Shown: positions 10,459 through 20,000 of the stretch, in pieces | How positions within the stretch are numbered: the first letter of the stretch is position 1 | How the letters are laid out: every line of letters starts with the position of its first letter | Assembly (NCBI GenBank): GCA_000934665.2 | Contig: JYFJ02002576.1 | Location: 45,038-65,037, forward strand | Source: Catajapyx aquilonaris | Lineage: Eukaryota | Reading direction: 5' to 3' | Length of the DNA stretch: 20,000 nt | Notes under the pieces: model-generated | The model's input: only the letters and a program-made list of their open reading frames with translations | Told to the model about the DNA's origin: nothing | Database searches by the model: none | Made by a program: the position numbers and the translations under genes

Positions 10459-11880
10459 CGGGAATGAAGGTTCGTTTCCAATTCAGAGGCGATAGAAAGC
10501 CACTTATTGGAGCGACCCGATCCCCTTAAACTTTCCCTATCCTAAGAATAAACATTCCTGACAAGTTAGCGGCCAGAATAGAACCCGTGCTTGTCCCACC
10601 TGCCGCCTACTCCCAATCGATACAAGAAGCAGATAAAACACTTCCTTTTGTCTCACCCTCTCCTCCATTCCTTCCTTTTTTTTTATACTGGTTGAGAGAA
10701 AAGAGCTGGAGGAGCTCCCTGGTCTCGCTGCTATGATATGCAAATCGGAGGGAAAGCCCTGCCAACTTCTCCCAGGAGTCAAAGGGTTGCAGCGACAGAC
10801 AGTAGGCGCCTCAAAACTCACTTTGCCAAAAAGAAGGGGCGTTTTGGAGCAAGCCACTTTGCCTTTCCCTTCGCTTCTCCAATTGAAGACCGCTCAGGGT
10901 CAAAGGCCCAAAGCAATGCAACACTTTTTTGGGTGTGAAGCTGAGGTAGTGGAGCGATATATATATAAAAAATGGGGGAATAAAATGCAGTATTTGTGGA
11001 GCAAAAGGTCACATTGCTGAAGGTCACTTGCTGAATGATACTTTCGTACCTGATGTTCAAATGTGCAGTTTCACCTTTCAACTTAGAATACTGCCAGACT
11101 TTAACTTCAAAAATATTAGGAAATAGTCTGCTTAAATTATTTCTTCGCATGCTATGCTAATGATTTTTAAATGACGGCTGACTGAAGCGTGATATAACAA
11201 TGACTTTACATTGAGGCAGACAGCAATTATTCGCTAATTAATAATTATACTTCGGACTGGGCACATTGGTAGTGCATAACGTCGCAGATATGTCCATTGT
11301 TATGGAGTATTTTCAACCTAAGTGAGTGCATTTGTGACAATTGAATTCCCTGTACCGTACATATGCGGGCTTATATAATTATGCTGTGGTGCTTCACGTA
11401 TTATGCGCATTGCGAAGTTTCAATGCAGCTGTCATTTGGTTCCGCCCAATTTTTTAATAAGAGGGCCAGGAGGAGCTGAGTAAACACCTTCCTGAATAAA
11501 CCATATTATTCGCAGAGATTTAGTCGGGCTTTTACTGATAGATTCCAAACTCCCTTAATTGGATCTCCTTATCTGCAAAATCCAGAACTTCACTTGGCCA
11601 AGAAATTGCGGTTAATAAGGTAAATTATATCTTATATAACGCCATTAGAGGAAGGCGAATCTCTTGAGAAAAGGGCACGTTGGCATTTTTTTTCTCTTCC
11701 CCCTACTATCCCATACTTCCTTGATCTGGCGCTGGAAATCTGCACAATTTTCTTGGGCAATTGCCTAGGGGATTCCTGTGTGCTCAAGAGCGCTTTCATA
11801 ATGAGTACCGGTGGGCAATGGCATTATAAACTCGCAACGAATTGCGCACTCAATTCGCTGCCTAGCAGTCAGTGACGCCA

Positions 11881-12093
11881 AAGTTGGCTGGAAGACTTCT
11901 TGGGCGGCTCCCGTCTCAATGAAAACGCCCAGGAAATGCAGATGAGCTTAGACCACGCCACAAAAGAATTTATCGTTGAAAACCAGCTGGCCTTAATACC
12001 CTCCCATCGCAGAGAAATACGACAGAAACTTTCAGGCTAAATCCGGCCTTCTTGTAGGAGGCATCTGCTAAGATAGCTACACTTGGGACTGTT
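11881..12093 (+). pseudogene. Possible decayed N-terminus of a DIRS-like (tyrosine-recombinase retrotransposon) RT ORF
   Basis: One frame reads KLAGRLLGRLPSQ*KRPGNADELRPRHKRIYR*KPAGLNTLPSQ...FL*EASAKIATLGTV. This loosely resembles the DIRS pre-RT pattern AGRLxxFxxxWxx...GYRL..P.Q...E...L..KG.I. Weak, by eye only. Confidence 0.2.
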
Positions 12094-12571
12094 TGTTGGG
12101 GAGAATTATACAACTTACTGCTATTATACGCTAACTGACGGATCTTCAACTCCGAAGATTAGCCAACGTGGCGCTTGCCTGACTGCTTCAAACGTTAGCG
12201 AGCATAGGTTGCTTGTACGTTAAACGGCTATCAGTTTAGAGTAGTGCTTATGTATAGTTTGATCATTTAAGGAACCGGTGCAAAGCCGTTATGGTGCGAT
12301 GGCTGCTACAATAAGTACCATCTGACCACAAAGAGGCCAGCTGATTAATTGGCTTAATGTGCTGAGGTCAACTTACTAACGGTTGTAATGAATCATTCTG
12401 AAGCACATTTTATCATTCCATTTCTACATAATTATGAAGATCTGATATTCAGAACGGTCAGCATCACATTTCGGTCCTGATTAAGTTAGTCATAATCATA
12501 TAGCACTTGACTTATAGCCTACTGTTTTTTTCTGGTGATCAACTCCGTTTTCTGTAGACTCTAGAGAAATT

Positions 12572-12843
12572 TTTGAAAAAAGTTATCCCAACCTTCGCAT
12601 CACAGAATCTTTCGATTGTGACTGATAGTTCTGAATTTATTCACAACATTCCAGTAGTTTTACGCTCAAGTTCCCATATCGTGGTTACTTGGGTAGGCAT
12701 AGACCTTGCCTGAACCGATCTTGAGAACCAAGCTGTTAGCTAGGATTAGTGAAATACTGCAAGCGACGTAAACTGGGGCTGAAATTTTTGATCCCGTCAT
12801 GGCCATCAGTTTTGACACACCCGGTAGTGGCATCTCAGATTAT
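12572..12843 (+). pseudogene. Probable decayed ISL2EU/PIF-Harbinger-type DDE transposase fragment (DDE_Tnp_4-like)
   Basis: Collinear blocks across frameshifts: FEKSYPNLR (12572-12598), IVTDSSEFIHNIP (12615-12653), TW (12687-12692), SE-YCK..LKFLIPS (12748-12799) and AISFDTPGSGISD (12802-12840). Compare ISL2EU-type F..KYP.TR.IIDCTE..IE.P...TWS.YK.HNT.KFLIGI.P.GAISF.S..YGG.ISD. Confidence 0.45.
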
Positions 12844-14261
12844 AGGAGTCATTCAAGAATGATTCATTACAACCGTTAGTAAGGTGGAGAAAGTTGGCCT
12901 CCGCACATTAAGCCAAGCATCTCCTACCGCACTTAATTAAAAGGCCCTAATTCAGCAGATAACGGGGGCCATTAGGACAGCTTTTAGTTGCGTCGTGTCA
13001 TTCACCCAATGGACATTATCTAGGGTGCTGCGCAGCGACAACATTGTCACCTTTACTATCTGGAGGATTATAATTTTGTACTCGCCTCATTAGACAATTG
13101 TCCACATGAGAGCTCCTGTCACGAAAATCATGTCCCCCCACCAACGGCAGGGGGCGAGGTTGGCGACGATGCCAAGGAGGACCCTCATTTGTAAACAATG
13201 AGGCTCCATACATGCCTCTGACATTTACGAGTTGCTAATGGTTCCAGATAGGGCCTATTCCAACTGTGGGGGGTGTTGCAATTATAATTAGTTTCTCCCA
13301 TAGCATTAGCACACACAGCGGGGCGAGGTGGTAGAGATGGATGTCAAAATGGCGGCAGTGCGCTGAAACTTTTGCTCCATCATGTCCCACGAGGGGCTGG
13401 CGATGGAGTAAACAAAATTCCACAGCTGCGTGAAAGCGCACTAGGTGATAATTGACATAGGTTGTCCCTTTTGGGATGCACACTGGTGGTCGCAAAAAAT
13501 TGCAAAACACCCATGTATTGTACAGCCACCGCATAAGATAAGCGAACCGAAGCTATAATCGCCTGCAGCCAATCCGAACTTGCATTATGCAGGCACATTT
13601 AACTATGGTGGAGGAACTCCTCAGAATTTTGGCTAACACTCAAAAAATGTGGCTGATGAATACTTAGATTCTCGTTATATTTTGTTATGAGTTGATGTAA
13701 AGCAGTGCAATAAATCACGTTTAGCTCGATTTGAATTGCTACAGGTCAATGTAGTAATCATGTGTCTGGATTAAAGTGAATAGTACGATAATACATCATT
13801 TGGATCGAACAAACAACAGACATTATTAGACTATATAGGTTTAAATTGACGTGAATCAAAGCTCAGACAAAAATATTATTTTGGCTCATTTATAAGTGCT
13901 CTATGTCTATACAATATTTGCCACTGTTACAACCTGTTCCCTGATTGTTGTTTTTCACTTACACTGTTGGAGTAAAAAAAAATCCATAATATTGTTTTCT
14001 CTTCTGTCATTGCTAAAGCTGTCTGGTTGGCAAGTTATTCACCCTAAGTAATCAGACGTCGCAGCTCCAGGTCTAGTGCAACCGTCCTAAGCTGTTGCTC
14101 ATTACTCACTTGAAAAGATTAGGTGTACATTTACGACCCTTGACCTCGCAGACCCAATTTGTTAATGCTACACATCTCACAAGGAGTGTTCATGTATTTT
14201 CCAGTAACCAGGTTCTCTTATTTGTATAGGCTACCCTAGTCCTGCTAGGGAGTGTGGTGGA

Positions 14262-14490
14262 AGAGGGGGTGGAGTGGGCGTAAGCACCTCTTGTTATACC
14301 CGGTTCCCCAACACCGTGTCTTATTCGATCCTAGCCAACCCCCGCTTTGGAGATGAGATGGCCGTGAAGCTAATACACTATTTCAAATTCACTGAGCTCC
14401 TCGGGATTATTTTGCGGCTATGCGGGCACGGCGCTCAGCAAGATGCTCCCATGTGCCGTGGATTCTAAATTAGATTAGATGCATTATTAT
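14262..14490 (+). mobile_element. Possible old, degraded tRNA-derived SINE
   Basis: A-box-like GTGGAGTGGGCGTAAGCAC (~14269-14287), B-box-like TATTCGATCCT (14322-14332) and an AT-rich tail TCTAAATTAGATTAGATGCATTATTAT (~14464-14490). No TSD found. Confidence 0.25.
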
Positions 14491-15440
14491 AATCCCCGGT
14501 TGTAGCTAGGGTGCCCGCTTCTAACTAGAGCGATGCCAGAGCTCCGCATTTTTTTTCACTTTCCTTGCAATGTTAAATCCAGGGAGTGTGAGATTGTACG
14601 TACCTTCCGGTATACTCGTCTGCATATATGCAATGCGAACTTTCTTTCGGGAATGGCGGTCACCGCTGTGCTCATCTCTGAACAAACTTTTTAACGTCCC
14701 TCGAGAGGTCCGAACCGCTTGGCACCAATTACAAATATAACTTCCACAGTGGTCATAAACCACTTATGTCGCAGTATCTCCCTCGGTGCAATTAAAAGTC
14801 CAGCCTGCAATAGCTGAGGCTTAAACAAACATTGCTCGTATATAACGTCTTACAAAAGGTTAACAATGCTAAGTATTATCACGACTGTAAAGGATGCGAG
14901 GTAAATAAATGACAGGATTTGACGGTTGAGTACGACTATTCATATGGCCATTGGATTTTTATTTTTGCCTTATTCGCTACTAGCTATAACATCGTATCAA
15001 GCCCCCAAAAAAGGGTAAATCCTGACATTATAAAACCGTCAGTTATACTGTAGCATGGTGAAAGTGCCTACGAGACGTTTGGAAGAAACTTTTTTGACAG
15101 TCTTATATTCTACGCAGAAACGCTGTCATGCTGCTCCACATCTGAAGGTAGAAATGATATAGTGTACCCGACAAAATGCAAATGACGTAATTCATTCTAA
15201 GACCATTGCTCACAAGTGGCGAGTCGATTGAAGCAGTGCACTTTTGTTCACCCACTGCCGTTTGACTCAACTTTTCCCCTTACTTTAAAAATGGAATCCA
15301 TTAGAATCCCTATACCCTAAGTATAAAGTTGGGATACTCTCTAAACTTTTTCTCGATAGAAAACTGCAACTTTTTTTTCTTTCTCTCTTTTTCTAGAAAT
15401 TGTTGACTATTTCCAAACGGAGCGTTCCGAACGCACTAGT

Positions 15441-15514
15441 GCCATGCGATTGCATTCCTCTTGATATATTCCAAAGAGCTTATCTGGAATGTAACAGTGA
15501 ATGGGCTGCCTGGT
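15441..15514 (+). ncRNA. Candidate pre-miRNA-like hairpin with a miR-1-family seed on the 3' arm
   Basis: The 3' arm begins TGGAATGTAA (15485), identical to the first 10 nt of miR-1, and pairs with upstream TGATATATTCCA and CATTC. The rest of the arm diverges from miR-1 and the lower stem is rich in G-U pairs. Confidence 0.2.
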
Positions 15515-17462
15515 TGTCTGCAGAAAGCAGGACAAGTTGGTCCATCCTTTGTCGGAAATGGTGTCTTTACGTGGCTTTGCGAGGCTAGCATTGCACAAAA
15601 GGGTCAACTAACAGCACCTGCGCTTCCCCGCTAGGCCTTTTCAAGTAGATTCTATTCTTAAAGGTCTTAGTGCGGTTGGAACCGGTGAACTTTATAATGC
15701 ACAGTGTGCCTGGAGAATTGAACCCAAACCAAAAATTCCCCGTATCCAGGGTAGGCAGCACTATCCCAATTTTTTTTTTCAGCGCCGTTTCCACAAGATT
15801 TACAAGGCATTTTTATCCGCTTAGATTCCACAGAATGTGGCACACGAAGCATCTCCCCCTCCCAAATCCCCCTCCTCGTTAATCTTTTCCATTCTGTGCC
15901 GCAACACAGCAGCTATCCGGATCCTATACACTGCTTCCCCCTCTCTTGTGTGACAATAAGCTATTACACTGCATCCCATCCGTCAGTCTTTTCATCTGGA
16001 AGCAGATTATCCTCTCCTCGATCCCATTTTCTACTTGGTCATTTCCTCAGCATAAGAGAAGGAGCGAATCATACCATGATGGACCCACTGTTTCAAAATA
16101 TATAGATACGCTAGGATTGTTTTTTTCTTTAGATGAACGTATAGTCTGTGCAGCATTATGCCTCAGGAGGATCATAAAACTTTGCTTGTTTTGCTGCAAG
16201 TAAGGAAAACTAATGGGGCAGGATTAGTCATTTTTCTTCAGGCTCCCAAAATGGTAGTTGGAGTTGGTGAAACTGCAAAGTGAGTTGATTTTTGCTTAAA
16301 GGGGAATAAAGGCAGTACTATGTGTTGTTGTAAGTTGTGCTCACCAGTATCATCAGGGAGAGTTCACTTCGCTGCACAAGGAAAAGTGAAGGTGAATGAC
16401 TGGGGTAGATCGTACTGTCATACCCGGGTCCTGTTTATGACTTTATGTAATGACAAAGGTACTGTCGTACAGCCTTTGAACTCTCCCGATTGCTTGATGA
16501 TAATTACTCCGATTACATATTGTGAATACGTGTATTCCAAGGTGGTCAGTTTGACTTACCCAAAGATGACCAATGAGTAGACAATTTTTCTGTGTACTGT
16601 CATAATCGGATGTACTGGTGTTATTGCCTAAATTGCGTTTCTACAATCTGGCCGTGTTGTGCCATATTTTGGATCCAAAGGCACAGCTTGGATATAACAT
16701 AATAGTGGTTGGTTGAGAAAGCAAAACAAAAAACACGCAATTAGGCCATTAGCTCTTGATTAGGCATAATATACTAGTCAGAAAGGGCTCAGCTTCCCGG
16801 AGTGTATATATGTTAAGCTCAAACCTCGAAGGTCATTGCGGGAAAATAACTGCCAGACCGAGAAATGCTCCTTTTCAAATCATCCATTCCATGGAATGGT
16901 CGTTTTCAAAACTGCCCGAACCCGAAATGCTTTTTTTTAAAGGCCAGAACTCTTTCTGGACTAAAGGAAGATGTCAGGACGCGAATTTCGTGTCTTGATG
17001 GCTGGTTTAGAAAACTGCCATAACGCATTGTGGCAGTTTCCTGTTTCCCACTACGACAAATAGTTGCTGGAAATAAATCACCATATTGTTGTTTGGCAAA
17101 TGGTTGGAATACTGAAAATTATTTTGATGATCCATTTATTAACATTCTCACTTGTATGATACATCTATTCCCAGGAACTGTTATACATTCAATTATATTA
17201 TGTTATTTGTCCTTACAGGCACTGTTAGAGTGACACTTAGAATTACATTTAGTATTACTAGAATGATATTTACAACTGGTAGATCCCAGATGCATTAACT
17301 TCTATAACAACCCCTTACACATTCCTATAGGAGACAAACACCCGAACCACGACGCGACGCTTCTTCCTTTTTTCTGATTGAATATAATGCAACTTGACGC
17401 TTACGGATATTACGCTTTATGCTCTCTCTCCTATTACGTATACAGTATTTTATGCTCTCTCT

Positions 17463-18000
17463 CCTTAAACACAGGTTGCGAGTTACTTTTGCTATCCAAA
17501 CCCCACATTTTCTTCTGTATATTTTCCACAGATAATGTGAAAATACTGATCACAAACAAAACACTTGTGAGCACCAGAAGACTCTTTTTCACAAACCGCA
17601 CAGTTGCCTACACTTGTTTTTCAGTCACTTTCTCAACTGTTTCATCTTGACACCTACAAGTTAGTTAGTTAGTATTTGCTCTATCTTCTGCTCTGAAGGT
17701 TTTAGTTTCTTATTCTTCATCAGATTGTATTTTATTGCTGCTAATATTTGTGAGGTAAAGAGTTGTTCTAATTCCTTTTCAGTTTCTATTGAAGTGTAGA
17801 CGCCCTTGTGAAAAGAGGAGAATATTCAAGTCCGATCCTTTGTGCTCTGCCAAGCAGAGCTTCATAAGGGCTGGTCTTATAATTCATTCGTGCACCGGTC
17901 GGTTCTTCTTGCTCTGAATGTAACAAAGACCATCGGACCTTTTCTGGGTGTTGTTGTCGGCCATCCACGCTACCAACATGTCTCGAACATCTTGGTTTGC
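17463..18000 (-). pseudogene. Ginger2/TDD-type (SCAND3/KRBA2-like) integrase C-terminal remnant followed by a PHD-like Cys/His finger
   Basis: The minus strand reads ANQDVRDMLVAWMADNNTQKRSDGLCYIQSKKNRPVHE* then, after a frameshift, KTSPYEALLGRAQRIGLEYSPL..SIETEKELEQL. Compare KRBA2/SCAND3-like ERANQDIENML..WM.DN....WS.GL.F.Q..KNR..H.GIK.SPYEA.FG....GL...L...I.TEE.L. Then GNCAVCEKESSGAHKCFVCDQYFHIICGKYTEENVGFG..KVTRNLC (17608-17463). Internal stops and frameshifts. Confidence 0.8.
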
Positions 18001-18688
18001 TGTTGTCTTTTAAATCCTATTATTTTCTTGGGTTTTCGATGGTGCAGATGGCACATGATGGCGGCAGCTTCGAGTTGTTTAGCTATATAATGATAATGAA
18101 AACGCTGAAATAAAGTACATGAAGCCGATCGAGGATGTTTGGCTCCTACAGGAATGTGTCGGTTGTTGTAGATGTTAAGGCATCTAGGCTCTTTATACTA
18201 GTTGAGCACCAAGGGGGGTCATTTTAGAGATGCTGTACGCCATAGTGGCCCTCGCTCGTGGCTGGCTGCACGTACTGGTTTGCTGGTTCGTTGTTCCATC
18301 CACTTCTGGATTCGTCTCGATCGTAGGAATGCGAATGGTGACTATACTACTTCTCGAACTTGACCCAACTCTCAGGGAACAGGACCTCCGGCTGGTGATA
18401 CAGCCGGATACAGCTGACTCGGCAAGGCTCTGATTTGGTAGTCTACGTCTGGTCGGTGCTTCGGTGATGAAGGGGGATGATACGCGTCCCCTTCCCGAAG
18501 GCTAAATGGTAAGGAGGGAATGTCACCTTCGAAACAGTCGGTAGCTGGAGCATGCTGGGAGAAAGATAAGATAAGGCGGAAAACCTGGGGGAAAAGGAGT
18601 GGTGTTCTGCTGGAGGTATGTTTCCCAGGATACCGTGAGGAATAATCCTCGCACTGGCACTGTTACAATCTGAAAATGCACGCATTAA

Positions 18689-19595
18689 GATGCACGTTAC
18701 ACGGCAGCTTTGTATCGCTTTTCAGGGAGTCGCTTCGGGTCGAGCGATTCATCGCTGTCGTGTAACTTGTGCTAAAGCGCTTCAAAACTCGAAGCGACGT
18801 TCGCTAGCGCCTTCAGATAAACTACCTTGTACAATCGCTTCAAGGGATTAGAAGCGGGTTAAGCCTGATGCCGTGTAACTGGACGACCCTTCAAGAACGT
18901 TCTAACATACGTTGCCAGCTGTGTCTTTGCAGTACCGGGATCGCAAAAAAACTACATACCGGCAGGGAGCATACACTACATAAGAGGCGCAAACTTCTGT
19001 CGGCGTCTTTGATGTTCGCGTCTCTCTGTTTAGGGCGTTGCCAAGGCTGGCGGCCATTTTGAAGTGTGTGGAACGCCAACGAGGTATAAATAGGGTACAG
19101 GCAAAAATAGGGTCCGCCATCTTTGATGGTTTTGGCGGCCATGGCAACTACACGGCAAGAACACGCGCGAATTTGAATTCGATATTGGAAAATGGGTAAG
19201 TAAATTGTTATTGCCGTGTATTGCCATGGCAGCCAAAACCATCAAAGATGACGGACCCCCGCGGACCTTGACGGCCTGCCTGTACCCTATTTATACCTCG
19301 TTGGCGTTCCACACACTTCAAAATGGCCGCCAGCCTTGGCAACCCCCAAAACAGAGAGACGCAAAAATCGAATGTTTGCGCCTCTTATGTAGTATATGCT
19401 CCCTGATACCGGTAACCACTAAATAGGCAACGCTGCCCCCAATCGCTTCCAACTCCAGAGGGGGTGGAAATTGGAAGGAGGTGGGGGTTATGGGCTACGG
19501 TGCTCCAAGGCCTCTAGTGTAACTCCCTGCCGAAAGCGCTCAGAATTAACGCAGTTTAAGGGGAAGTGATACAAAACTGCCGTGTAACGTGCCTC
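18689..19595. mobile_element. PIF/Harbinger (Tourist-like) MITE, ~457 bp without its nested insertion, TAA TSD
   Basis: Left TIR GATGCACGTTACACGGCAGCTTTGTATCGCTT (18689-18720) versus the reverse complement of the right end GAGGCACGTTACACGGCAGTTTTGTATCACTT (19564-19595): 29/32 identical. TAA on both flanks (18686-18688, 19596-19598). Internal inverted TIR-core copies at 18757-18766 and 18869-18879. Confidence 0.8.
18963..19405. mobile_element. Foldback element, 443 bp, CAGGG...CCCTG termini, 7-bp TSD ATACCGG (P/Galileo-like or hAT)
   Basis: Arms 18963-19163 and 19206-19405 are long inverted repeats around a 42-nt spacer. The flanking direct repeat ATACCGG is exact at 18956-18962 and 19406-19412. 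Confidence 0.9.
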
Positions 19596-19606
19596 TAAGA
19601 GAGTTA

Positions 19607-20000
19607 GGGACGGTTGTATCAACGCGAGTTAAACAGGGAGAAAATCAGAGGTTTTGGAACCAGAGGTTTTCAGAAAACTCCGACATGCGTTGTATCAACA
19701 CATCTCAGGACTCAGGTTAACTTAACCTGTGGTTTGAAAACTCGCGCTATTACCTCAGGGCCCCTTCCAAATTCATCCTTCTCTCACCACTGCGGTAGCT
19801 CATTGGCTGCAAAAAATGTCGCGTACCGTGTGCGTCACACAACCAAATTTCACGTGATCCAATAAACATGGCTGCCCCATGGAGGAAGGAATACTGTGGA
19901 GGTGGGGCCCCCTATCCCACCCATTATGGAAAATTGTACCCCTAAATCTGGAACACATCTGGAACTTGGAGGAAGGAACGGTCCAAGATCTGGAACGGCG
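19607..20000. mobile_element. Possible left part of a second Tourist-like element running out of the window
   Basis: TTA (19604-19606) is followed by GGGACGGTTGTATCAAC, and GTTGTATCAAC recurs at 19689. Internal inverted repeats CGCGAGTT/AACTCGCG and CAGGTTAA-C-TTAACCTG; ATCTGGAAC repeated three times near the window end. The right TIR is not visible. Confidence 0.3.

Noticed and set aside
10942..10950. TGAGGTAGT, the let-7 5' end
   Set aside because: Only 9 nt match and no complementary arm.
14494..14528. Hairpin followed by CTAG, like a Helitron 3' end
   Set aside because: The stem is weak, CTAG is followed by A rather than T, and no matching 5' end was found.
14660..14740. Minus-strand YICNWCQAVRTSRGTLKSLFRDEHSG, C2H2-finger-like
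   Set aside because: The first His position is Leu (TTG) and the conserved Phe is absent; single isolated unit.
18230..18685. GC-richer, coding-looking stretch after a minus-strand TTTTCAG acceptor
   Set aside because: All frames are interrupted and no family is recognisable; possibly part of the Ginger-like element but unsupported.

Overview
Eukaryotic, most likely invertebrate animal, non-genic DNA. I see no intact protein-coding gene, rRNA, intact tRNA or CRISPR array, and the listed ORFs are short and mostly spurious. The window is a layered transposable-element graveyard. It holds three long foldback/palindromic elements (1210-1812, 7762-7916, 18963-19405); the last has a 7-bp target-site duplication (TSD) and is nested in a PIF/Harbinger (Tourist-like) MITE with a TAA TSD (18689-19595). 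It also holds a complete tRNA-derived SINE with a 15-bp TSD (4534-4864, minus). Frameshifted remnants are present of a Ginger2/SCAND3-KRBA2-like integrase plus Cys/His finger (17463-18000), a Helitron Rep domain (9595-10100) and probably an ISL2EU/Harbinger DDE transposase (12572-12843). Other signals are microsatellites, an apparent excess of TACAGTA/TACTGTA Tc1/mariner-type excision footprints (two confirmed as insertions by internal comparison), and a few hairpins. Family assignments come from manual motif recognition, not database searches. I found no convincing evidence of a novel multi-gene system.
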